Below, one piece after another: positions 8,773-16,955 of a stretch of 64,000 nucleotides of DNA. The position numbers were made by a program, and so were the translations under genes. Position 1 is the stretch's first letter. Each line of letters opens with the position of its first letter. The DNA comes from Limisphaerales bacterium. Its GTDB lineage: Bacteria > Verrucomicrobiota > Verrucomicrobiia > Limisphaerales > JADLHS01. The notes below the pieces were generated by a model. That model had not been told where the DNA came from, ran no database searches, and saw only the letters and a list, made by a program, of their open reading frames with translations. The stretch spans positions 47,828-111,827 of the forward strand of contig JBGAIM010000004.1 in assembly GCA_044225555.1 (NCBI GenBank), in the 5' to 3' direction.

Positions 8773-11055
8773 TTAATCCGTGACTAGGACCACGCGGAAA
8801 CCGATGATGAAGTCGCTAATGAAGGGACTCGCGCCTTCAAACCAACGGCTGGCGGAGCGGCAATCGAACTCGGAAGATTCCCACGCTCCGCCACGAATGA
8901 CTTTCCAGCCAATCGGATTGGTCGCGGGCCCTTGCGGATCGGTGACGGTGCCGCCCAGATAGTTGCCATACCAGTCCTGACACCATTCCCAAACATTCCC
9001 CGCCATGTCGTACAATCCCCACGCATTGGGCAGCTTCAAACCGACCGGGTGTGTCGTGATGCCATCGTGCGCGCCGAACCACGCATAGTTGGTCAGGTTG
9101 GTGAGATTGGGGTCGTCGCCGTAATAGAACCGGTTCGTATTGCCCGCACGCGCCGCGCATTCCCACTCGGCTTCGGTCGGCAGCCGGTAATGAGTGCCCA
9201 AAGGAATCCGTCCCGCGGCCAGGTCTTGTTGCGTGAGCAGGACGCAGTAGTTGGAGGCAGCGAAAAAGGAAACGCTTTCGACCGGGCGGTCGAGATCGCC
9301 GGGAAAGCCGCTCGGATTTTCACCGGTGACGGCGAGGTATTCCCGTTGGGTCACCTCATATTTGCCGATCCAATAGCCGCGACTCAGTCGCACAATCGTT
9401 TGCGGACTTTCATCGGCTTGATGGCCCACTTCGTTGGTGGGGCTGCCCAATCGGAACGTGTTGGCCGGGATGAACACCAGGTTTGCCGGCGGGGTTGACA
9501 ACGGTTGTGCCCGGTAAAATTTCTGCGGGGAGAACTGCGCGGTCGGGTCCAAGAAGAAGACGCTGCCGAGCGGATTGTTGACGACATCCAGCCGGCTCCA
9601 GTCCGTGAGATTGGTGGAATTGAGCACCGTGTAAAAACCCGGCGGCCCGGTGATCCCGAACCGAAACGCGCCCACTGGCTGGATCAACTTGGTGAGTTTG
9701 ATGTCCAGCGGGTATGGGAACACCGGGATGCCTTGATTCTGCAACGTCACGATGGTCGCGGCGAGGTTGGTGGCCTGGGGCTCGGACAAGACCAATTGGG
9801 TCAACGGATTACCATCCAGAGCCAGCGACGTTAATTGCGTCAGGTCCGGCGGCAAAGTGAGGCTGGTCAGTTGATTGCCGCTGAGGACAAGCGCGACTAG
9901 GTTGGTAAGACCCGGAGGCAAGGTAAGGCTGGTGAGTTGATTCCCCAACACATCGAGCGTGACCAGTTGAAATAGATCCGAAGGCAGCGCGAGATTGGTC
10001 AGTCCATTGAAGTGCAGAAACATCGCGCTCAAGTTGGTCATCCCGACCGGCAAGGTGAGGCTGGTGAGATTGGTGTTCCCGGCTATACGGAGCGTAGCAA
10101 GATGGCCCAGGCCGGTGGGCAAATGAACGTTCCGGAGTTGATTCTCGCCGATGTCGAGCAGGCTCAACGCCGTCAGGTCAGAAGGCAGATCGAAGTTGAT
10201 GAGCTGGTTGGCGTTCACCTGGAGCAAGCTCAAGGCGGTCAGGTTCGCAGGCAGATCGAGACTGGTGAGCCGATTGTTAATGAGGTCCAGGCTGATCAGA
10301 TTTCGCAGGTCCGCGGGCAGGTCAACGTTGGTGAGCTGATTAAAGGAGAGATCAAGCACGTGCAGGTTCGTCACACCGGCGGGCAGCGTGAAGCTGGTGA
10401 GTTGATTCTCGTCGAGATAAAGCTCGCCCAACCGGGTCAGGCCCGCTGGCACGGTGAAATTCGTGAGCGAATTTTCACTCAGGCGGAGCAGGAGCAGATT
10501 GGTCAGTCCACCGGGCAGGGAGACATTGGTGAGGGCATTTAGACTCAGGTCGAGCACACCCAGACCGGGCAGAGGTGGCAGGTTGAAGCTGGTGAGTTGA
10601 CAGTTCTGGAGGCCAAGCTCCTCCAGCCCGGTCAGGTCCACGGGCAGCGTGAGTTGCGTCAGTGGGTTGTTCCCGATCAGCAGCGAGAACAGGTTCTTCA
10701 GGCCGGCCGGCAGGGATACGTTGGTGAGCGAATTGCCGCTGAGAGTGAGCGACACCAGATTCGTCAACGTGGGCAGAGAGAAATTGGTGAGTTGATTGTT
10801 GTACAACAAAAGCGTGTTCAAATTGCGCGCCGCTTCCAGCCCGGCGAGGTTGCTGATGTTTCGGTCGTGAGCATTCAGAAAGGTCAGCCCAAGCATGTCC
10901 TGCTGCGTTAGCGGACCGACCGGTTTGTTCAACGTCGCGCGAACGGCGGCATTCAGACCGGGATCGGGAATGGTTACTTCCTGCGCCGAGGTCGGGGTGA
11001 GGAGGCTGATCAAAGCCAACAGTAGGACAGAAAGAACAGTTCTCAACTTTATCAT
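8773..11055 (-). CDS. secreted leucine-rich-repeat protein with C-terminal FGE/SUMF1-fold domain
   Basis: ATG 11055 opens the signal peptide MIKLRTVLSVLLLALISLLTPTSA. About 16 LRRs of 23 aa, then a FGE-sulfatase-type domain (YWIGKYEVTQ.., LPTEAEWE, GNVWEWCQD, RGGAWESSEFDCRSASR). Confidence 0.8.
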   Translation of the reverse strand: MIKLRTVLSVLLLALISLLTPTSAQEVTIPDPGLNAAVRATLNKPVGPLTQQDMLGLTFLNAHDRNISNLAGLEAARNLNTLLLYNNQLTNFSLPTLTNLVSLTLSGNSLTNVSLPAGLKNLFSLLIGNNPLTQLTLPVDLTGLEELGLQNCQLTSFNLPPLPGLGVLDLSLNALTNVSLPGGLTNLLLLRLSENSLTNFTVPAGLTRLGELYLDENQLTSFTLPAGVTNLHVLDLSFNQLTNVDLPADLRNLISLDLINNRLTSLDLPANLTALSLLQVNANQLINFDLPSDLTALSLLDIGENQLRNVHLPTGLGHLATLRIAGNTNLTSLTLPVGMTNLSAMFLHFNGLTNLALPSDLFQLVTLDVLGNQLTSLTLPPGLTNLVALVLSGNQLTSLTLPPDLTQLTSLALDGNPLTQLVLSEPQATNLAATIVTLQNQGIPVFPYPLDIKLTKLIQPVGAFRFGITGPPGFYTVLNSTNLTDWSRLDVVNNPLGSVFFLDPTAQFSPQKFYRAQPLSTPPANLVFIPANTFRLGSPTNEVGHQADESPQTIVRLSRGYWIGKYEVTQREYLAVTGENPSGFPGDLDRPVESVSFFAASNYCVLLTQQDLAAGRIPLGTHYRLPTEAEWECAARAGNTNRFYYGDDPNLTNLTNYAWFGAHDGITTHPVGLKLPNAWGLYDMAGNVWEWCQDWYGNYLGGTVTDPQGPATNPIGWKVIRGGAWESSEFDCRSASRWFEGASPFISDFIIGFRVVLVTD
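9781..10884 (-). repeat. coding tandem repeats (about 16 x 69 bp) encoding LRRs
   Basis: 23-aa periodicity (LxxLxLxxNQLT[SN][FLV]xLPxxLTN) read directly from the translation. Confidence 0.7.
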
Positions 11056-11164
11056 GCTCGTGGGAGTTGAGACTGGGGCAACGGTTCCCAAACTCAAATG
11101 GGACTTAAGACCCATGTGGAGCCTCGAAGTCAGTTCGACTGGTCCGGAAGCAACGAGAAACACG

Positions 11165-13261
11165 TTACTGATCTGTGGCCAGCACCACGCGAAAGCCGAC
11201 GTCGGAATCGGGCCAAAGCGGGAAGCGAAAAATCCGGGAGGCCGAACGGCAGGACGAGTTGGGATAATCGTAAGCGCCGCCGCGCAGAACTTTGTCCTTT
11301 AGCAAAGTGGAAACCGGGCCGGTTGGATCAATCTGCACTCCGCCCGGCAGCGCGCCATAATTATCCGCACACCACTCCCACACATTTCCATGCACTTCGT
11401 ACAATCCCCAGGGATTCGGGAGCTTCTGCCCGACCGGATGCGTCGTGAGATCGAGAATTGCGAGGTCCAGAAACCAGGCGTAATTCGTGGTGCTGGCGTA
11501 GTTGGGGTCATCGCCGTAGCTGAAGCGGGTTGAAGTGCCGGCGCGCGCGGCGCATTCCCATTCGGCTTCAGTGGGCAACCGATAATGCGTGCCAGGCGGA
11601 ATCCGTCCCGCCGCGAGGTCCAGCTCCGTCAGCTTGCCGCAATAATTCGTGGCATCAGACCAGGCCACATTTTCAACCGGCCGGCTCAAGTCACCGGCGA
11701 AAGTGCTGGGGTTTGTATTCATGACCCATAAATACTCGGCTTGGGTGACTTCGTATTTCCCGATCCAAAAGCCGTGGCTCAGGAGCACGGTGGTTTGCGG
11801 ACGCTCGTTGACGCTTGTGTCCAGATCATTGGTCGGACTGCCCATGGTAAAGGTGTTCGGTGGAATGAAGACCATGTTCGCGGGAGTGATTTGCCGCACG
11901 GCGCGATAGAACTTCTGGGGAGAGAATTGGGCGGCGAAATCCGTGATGGTATTGCTGCCGAGCGGGATGCTCGAGCCGCCCAGTTCGCTCCAGTCCACGA
12001 GATTCGTCGAACTAAGAACGGTGTAATTGCCGGGCGGCCCGGTGACTGCAAATCGAAACGCGCCGACCGGCTGCGGCGGCCGGGGAGCGAGCCGGACGGC
12101 CAGCGGGTACGTGAACACTTGGACTCCTTGATTCCGCAAGCCGGTAACCGTCGCGGCCAGATTCGTGGCTGCCTGCGCTTCGGATAACACGAGCGTGCTG
12201 AGGGGATTGCCATCCAGAAGCAACGTAATCAAATTGGTCATGTCCGGGGGCAGCGTGAGGCTGGTGAGATTATTGGTGCGAAGATCGAGTTGGACCATTT
12301 GATTCAAGCCGGGCGGCAACACGAGGTTGGTTAGTTGATTGTTCTGAAGGAAGAGAGCGGTCAGGTTGGTGAGGCCGGGAGGCAAGGTGAGGCGGGTGAG
12401 TTTATTGTCCGGGGCACGGAGAAAGTTCAAACGCGTCAAACCCTCCGGCAGCGTGAGATTCGCAAGTTGATTACCTCCGATGTCCACAAAAGTCAGGTTC
12501 GTCATGTCCGCACGAAAGGTCAGGTTGGTCAGTTGATTGTCGCGAGCCACAAGCGAACTCAACTGGGTCAGACCGGCCGGCAGGTCGAGATTGCGCAGGT
12601 GATTGAAATCCAGATCAAGACTTCCCAGACGCGCCAGGTTTGACGGCAAGGTCAGGTTCGTCAGTTGGTTAGCGAAGCAAAGGAAGGTGACCAGGTTTGT
12701 CACATCCGCCGGTAGTGTGAAGCGGGTGAGTCGATTATCCGTGAGATCAAGCTGGGTCAACTTGGTGAGGCCCGCGGGCAAGTTGAAATTCGTCAGCACG
12801 TTGCCTTCGAGGAAGAGCGTGTCCAGGTTCGTCAACCCGGCGGGAAGGGAGCACTGGCTTAGTGAATTAAAGGCCAGATCCAGGATGTTCAGTTTCGGGA
12901 TGGCATTCGACAGCGTAAAACCGGTGAGCTGATTCTGGAACAGGTCGAGGATCGTCAGATTAGTCAACGCGCCCGCGATCGGGAAATTCGCTATGGCGTT
13001 GGCATCCAGATCAAGAATGCCCAAATTGCGCGCAGCTTCCAGGCCTTGTACGTTTGTGATGCTTCGGCCTCCGGCGCTCAATAGGTTTAAACTGAGCAGG
13101 TCCTGGTCAGTCAATGGCCCGACAGGTTTCTGTAGTGCCGTGCGAACGGCGGCGTTCAGTCCAGGGTCCGGAATGGCGACTTCCTGCGCCAAAGCCGGGA
13201 CCAGGAGGCTGGTCATGGCCAGAGTTCCAAGAACGTGGAAGATATTCCTCGTGATGATCAC
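11165..13261 (-). CDS. secreted leucine-rich-repeat protein with C-terminal FGE/SUMF1-fold domain (tandem paralog)
   Basis: Signal peptide MIITRNIFHVLGTLAMTSLLVPALA, about 13 LRRs, and the same middle and C-terminal architecture as 8773..11055 (RGGAYDYPNSSCRSASR). Confidence 0.8.
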   Translation of the reverse strand: MIITRNIFHVLGTLAMTSLLVPALAQEVAIPDPGLNAAVRTALQKPVGPLTDQDLLSLNLLSAGGRSITNVQGLEAARNLGILDLDANAIANFPIAGALTNLTILDLFQNQLTGFTLSNAIPKLNILDLAFNSLSQCSLPAGLTNLDTLFLEGNVLTNFNLPAGLTKLTQLDLTDNRLTRFTLPADVTNLVTFLCFANQLTNLTLPSNLARLGSLDLDFNHLRNLDLPAGLTQLSSLVARDNQLTNLTFRADMTNLTFVDIGGNQLANLTLPEGLTRLNFLRAPDNKLTRLTLPPGLTNLTALFLQNNQLTNLVLPPGLNQMVQLDLRTNNLTSLTLPPDMTNLITLLLDGNPLSTLVLSEAQAATNLAATVTGLRNQGVQVFTYPLAVRLAPRPPQPVGAFRFAVTGPPGNYTVLSSTNLVDWSELGGSSIPLGSNTITDFAAQFSPQKFYRAVRQITPANMVFIPPNTFTMGSPTNDLDTSVNERPQTTVLLSHGFWIGKYEVTQAEYLWVMNTNPSTFAGDLSRPVENVAWSDATNYCGKLTELDLAAGRIPPGTHYRLPTEAEWECAARAGTSTRFSYGDDPNYASTTNYAWFLDLAILDLTTHPVGQKLPNPWGLYEVHGNVWEWCADNYGALPGGVQIDPTGPVSTLLKDKVLRGGAYDYPNSSCRSASRIFRFPLWPDSDVGFRVVLATDQ
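12179..13093 (-). repeat. coding tandem repeats (about 13 x 69 bp) encoding LRRs
   Basis: Same 23-aa LRR periodicity as the downstream paralog. Confidence 0.7.
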
Positions 13262-13405
13262 ACTCCTTCGAGACGGCAGCGCGCAATCTGTTCCCTAAAC
13301 CGACTGGGACTAAAGACCCATGATCGAGCACAGATTGAGGATTGCGGCGAAGTTTCCGGAGCTTATGCTGTTGGTTAGTCGCGCTGCAAACCACTTCATG
13401 CATCC

Positions 13406-13708
13406 ATGACAAACTCGTCGGCGATAGAACTCGACCGGGGCGAAAGTCCCAGTGCGGCGGATTGGTTGATCGGCCAGACTGGGTCCGTGTTCGAGTGCTT
13501 TTTTGAGCGGAGCGTTGACGCCATTTGGTTGCTGGACCCGCAGGCCGGGGTGTTTGTGGATTGCAACCGCGCGGCGGTGGAACTCACGGGTGCCGAGAAC
13601 AAAGAGCAGTTGCTGCGCATGCGACCGGAGGATCTTTCTCCGCCGTTTCAACCGGATGGTTCGCCTTCGGCCCAGAAAACGGCGGAGACAATCGCGACCA
13701 TTCAATAA
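13406..13708 (+). CDS. N-terminal PAS-domain fragment of the downstream sensor kinase (ends at in-frame TAA)
   Basis: The first half of a PAS fold (FERSVDAIWLLDPQAGVFVDCNRAAVELTG..) stops at TAA 13706-13708. It is in the same reading frame as 13733..16189. Confidence 0.5.
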   Translation: MTNSSAIELDRGESPSAADWLIGQTGSVFECFFERSVDAIWLLDPQAGVFVDCNRAAVELTGAENKEQLLRMRPEDLSPPFQPDGSPSAQKTAETIATIQ

Positions 13709-13732
13709 CGGAAGACGCATCTCTTCGAATGG

Positions 13733-16189
13733 ATGATGCGGCGACGGGACGGCCGGGACATTCCCCTTGAGGTTTCGGCAGCTGTTGTCGTGATGGGCGG
13801 CAAGAATATCCAGATCATCATTTCCCGGGACATCAGCGAGCGGAGGAAGGCCGAGCGCGAGTTGATTGAACTAAACCAATCCCTGGAGCGGCGGGTGGCG
13901 GAACGCACCGCCGCACTCAGCACCAGTGAAGCCCGGCTGCGCGCCTTGGTTGAACATGCACCGGAAGCGATCGTGGTGTTCGACGGAGACTCCGGGCGGT
14001 TTCTGTTCGGTAACGAACATGCCTGTCGCCTTTATGGCGTGCCCATGGAAAAGCTGACAGAGCTAACCCCCGCCGACGTCAGCCCGGAGTTCCAACCGAA
14101 CGGAAGGCGTTCCAGTGAACTGGCCGGCGAATTGATGGCCGAGGCTTTGGCCGGCGGGACGCCGGTGTTCGAATGGATTCATAGACAACAACCCGCTGGC
14201 CGGCTGATTCCCACCGAAGTCCGGTTGTTGCGTCTGCCCGCCGAGAATCAGAATTTGATTCGCGCCAGCATCATTGATAACACCGAACGCAAACTCGCCG
14301 AGCGCGCCCTGCGTGAATCAGAAAAGAAATTTCGCGCGCTGTTTGAAGGCTCAAGCCACGGCGTGGTGCTGCATGACGAGAACCAACTCCTGGAGGTCAA
14401 TTCCGCCGCCGTCCGGCTTTTTGGCTGCCAAAGTCCGCAGGAGCTGCTGGGTAAGCATCCGGGGGCGCTGGCGCCAGACCGGCAGCCAAACGGAGAAAAG
14501 TCGGCCGTAATGGCCGCCAAATACATCACAGAATGCATGACCACCGGCGGCATTCGCTTCGAGTGGCTCGCCCGCGCTCCAAACGGCAGGGAGATTCCGA
14601 TGGAAGTCGCGCTGACGCGAATTGAATGGAGCGGCCGCCACGTGATCCAGGCATACATCACCGACATTACGGAACGCGTACGCGCCCAGGCCGCATTGGC
14701 GGAGAGCGAAGCCCGGTTCGCCGCCGCCTTCCAGGCCAGTCCGATCCTCACCGCCATCGCGCACCTGAGCGATGGGCGGTTTGTTTTGGTCAACGACGCC
14801 TTTGCGAAATGGACCGGCTATGCCCGCAACGAAATACTCGGGCACAATACATTTGAACTGGGTTTGTGGGACCAGCCCCAGGACCGCGAAGCGTTTTGGG
14901 CAGATTTGCGCCGCGCTGGCTCTGTCAGCGATCGCAAGTGCAACTTTCGCAATCGCGCCGGCAAGTTGTTCACGATCTTGTTGTCTTCGGAGATTATCCA
15001 ACTCGACGGGGTGCCACATATCCTGGCCATGGGGCTGGACATCTCGGAGCGGAAACGAGCCGAAGAGGAGATGCGAGCGAGCGAAGCCCGGTTGCGCGAG
15101 AGCGAGGCCCGGTTCAGCGCGGCCTTCCAGGCCAGTCCGGCGTTCCTGGGCATCCTTTGCATGAGCGACGAGAAATACGTCCTCGCCAATGAGGCGTACT
15201 TGAACTGGCTTGGCTATCCACGGGAAGAAGTTCTCGGGCGGACCTGCGTTGAGCTCGGCTTGTGGGCGGACATCGCCGAACGGGATCTGGTCTTGCAGGA
15301 TATGCGCGAGGTCGGGGCGATTCGCCAGCGGGAATGTCGCTGGAAAAATCGCCGGGGCGAGCGCTTCACCGTCCTGCTCTCGGCCGAAACCATCAAGCTG
15401 GACAACACGCCGCACATGCTTTCCATGGCCCTGGACATCACCCAGCGAAAGCGGGCCGAAGAAGAGTTGCTGCGGACGCTGGAACGGGAAAAGGAACTCA
15501 GCCAGCTCAAGAGTAATTTTGTTTCGCTGGTGTCGCATGAGTTCCGCACCCCGCTCGGCATTATTCAATCCTCGGCGGAATTGCTCCGGGAGTTCCACCA
15601 GAAAATGCAGCCGGGCGAACGCGAAGAGCAAATGGAGTCCATCGCCCGCAATACGCGCCGCATGGCCGGCATGATGGAAGGCGTCCTCGTCCTCAGCCGG
15701 CTGGAGGCCGGCAAACTCGACTTTCACCCCGCCTTACTGGACCTGAACGGCTTTTGCCGTCGCGTCGTGGATGAGGTTCTCTCGGCAACCAATCGCCGGT
15801 GTCGCATCGAATTGTCGCTTAACTCCGGACCATCCGAAGGCCAGGCGGATGAACAATTACTCGGGCACATTTTCACCAACCTGCTGAGCAACGCCGTGAA
15901 GTATTCGGACCCCGGCGCGACGGTGCGATTCAGCATTGAACGGGACGGTCGTGACGCCGTGTGCGTGGTTCGTGACCAAGGGATCGGCATTTCGGCGGAT
16001 GATCAGCAACAAATGTTCAACGCCTTCCATCGTGGGAGCAATGTCGGCAACCGGCCGGGCACGGGCCTGGGTCTGCTCCTGGTGAAACGTTGCACCGAGC
16101 TGCACGGCGGCCGGGTGCGGATCGAAAGCAACGTTGGCGAGGGCACGACCGTGACAGTCAGGCTGCCCGTTTTTCCAAAGGTAACATGA
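13733..16189 (+). CDS. cytoplasmic multi-PAS sensor histidine kinase
   Basis: Four further PAS repeats separated by ERK/ERKRAE linkers. HisKA H-box (SHEFRTPLG) and HATPase_c N/G boxes (NLLSNAVKY, DQGIGI, GTGLGL). No TM segments. Confidence 0.8.
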   Translation: MMRRRDGRDIPLEVSAAVVVMGGKNIQIIISRDISERRKAERELIELNQSLERRVAERTAALSTSEARLRALVEHAPEAIVVFDGDSGRFLFGNEHACRLYGVPMEKLTELTPADVSPEFQPNGRRSSELAGELMAEALAGGTPVFEWIHRQQPAGRLIPTEVRLLRLPAENQNLIRASIIDNTERKLAERALRESEKKFRALFEGSSHGVVLHDENQLLEVNSAAVRLFGCQSPQELLGKHPGALAPDRQPNGEKSAVMAAKYITECMTTGGIRFEWLARAPNGREIPMEVALTRIEWSGRHVIQAYITDITERVRAQAALAESEARFAAAFQASPILTAIAHLSDGRFVLVNDAFAKWTGYARNEILGHNTFELGLWDQPQDREAFWADLRRAGSVSDRKCNFRNRAGKLFTILLSSEIIQLDGVPHILAMGLDISERKRAEEEMRASEARLRESEARFSAAFQASPAFLGILCMSDEKYVLANEAYLNWLGYPREEVLGRTCVELGLWADIAERDLVLQDMREVGAIRQRECRWKNRRGERFTVLLSAETIKLDNTPHMLSMALDITQRKRAEEELLRTLEREKELSQLKSNFVSLVSHEFRTPLGIIQSSAELLREFHQKMQPGEREEQMESIARNTRRMAGMMEGVLVLSRLEAGKLDFHPALLDLNGFCRRVVDEVLSATNRRCRIELSLNSGPSEGQADEQLLGHIFTNLLSNAVKYSDPGATVRFSIERDGRDAVCVVRDQGIGISADDQQQMFNAFHRGSNVGNRPGTGLGLLLVKRCTELHGGRVRIESNVGEGTTVTVRLPVFPKVT

Positions 16190-16821
16190 AAAAAATATTG
16201 GTCATCGAAGACGAACCGGAGATGCGCCGTAACCTCACCACGCTCCTGCGTTTTCAAAGCTACCAGCCCGTCGCGGCCGAAAATGGACGCCTGGGTGTTG
16301 AAGCCGCGCGCCGGGAAAAACCCGACCTCATTCTGTGCGATGTCATGATGCCGGATCTGGACGGTTACGGTGTGCTGAAAGCCTTGCAGACCGACACATC
16401 GCTGGCGCGGATTCCGTTCATTTTCCTCACGGCCAAAGGCGAGAAGGACGATCTCCGCAACGGCATGGACTTGGGCGCGGACGATTATCTGACCAAGCCG
16501 GTCGCCAACGCCGACCTGGTCCGGGCGATTGAGGCCCGCCTGCGCCGCTCCGAACAGCAGGTGAGTCGTGAATTCAAACCGGACTTCTCCTCCTTCGCAC
16601 CACTGCTGAAGCTCGGCCTCACGCCGCGCGCCGCCGAGGCGTTGCTTTGGCTGGCGCAAGGCAAGACAAACGCGGACATCGCCACGATCCTGGGCATCAC
16701 TGAATCCACCGTGAAGAAGCACGTCCAGGAAATGTTCGAAAAACTGGGCGTGGAAACCCGCGGCGCCGCTACCATGCGCGCCCTGGAAGTTCTGAACTCC
16801 CAACCTCACGTCGGCACCTGA
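16186..16821 (+). CDS. response regulator, REC + LuxR/FixJ-type HTH
   Basis: ATG 16186 overlaps the kinase stop (ATGA). KILVIEDE, DLILCDVMMPDLDG and a C-terminal LTPRAAEALLWLAQGKTNADIATILGITESTVKKH. Confidence 0.85.
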   Translation: MKKILVIEDEPEMRRNLTTLLRFQSYQPVAAENGRLGVEAARREKPDLILCDVMMPDLDGYGVLKALQTDTSLARIPFIFLTAKGEKDDLRNGMDLGADDYLTKPVANADLVRAIEARLRRSEQQVSREFKPDFSSFAPLLKLGLTPRAAEALLWLAQGKTNADIATILGITESTVKKHVQEMFEKLGVETRGAATMRALEVLNSQPHVGT

Positions 16822-16955
16822 AGCGAAACACTGACAACCTCGAACCGACGGCAAGTTTGCGTTTGTTTGGCGTTGCGTAAATCAGGTGTCTCTGGTGTCT
16901 TTTGAGCATCGCTGGACGCCAGATCGTCACGCCATCAACTTAACCAGACAACTGT

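Noticed and set aside
9781-13093. Periodic ~69-bp DNA repeats that could superficially suggest a CRISPR array or other repeat array.
   Set aside because: The periodicity is in-frame coding for 23-aa leucine-rich repeats inside two long ORFs. The repeats are degenerate at the DNA level and have no unique spacers.
6108-13261. The FGE-fold LRR proteins as the maturation enzymes for the neighbouring Cys-type sulfatase.
   Set aside because: Both FGE-like domains lack the first cysteine of the catalytic pair, and they are fused to secreted LRR arrays. The genes are separated from the sulfatase by two unrelated ORFs and are not in one operon.
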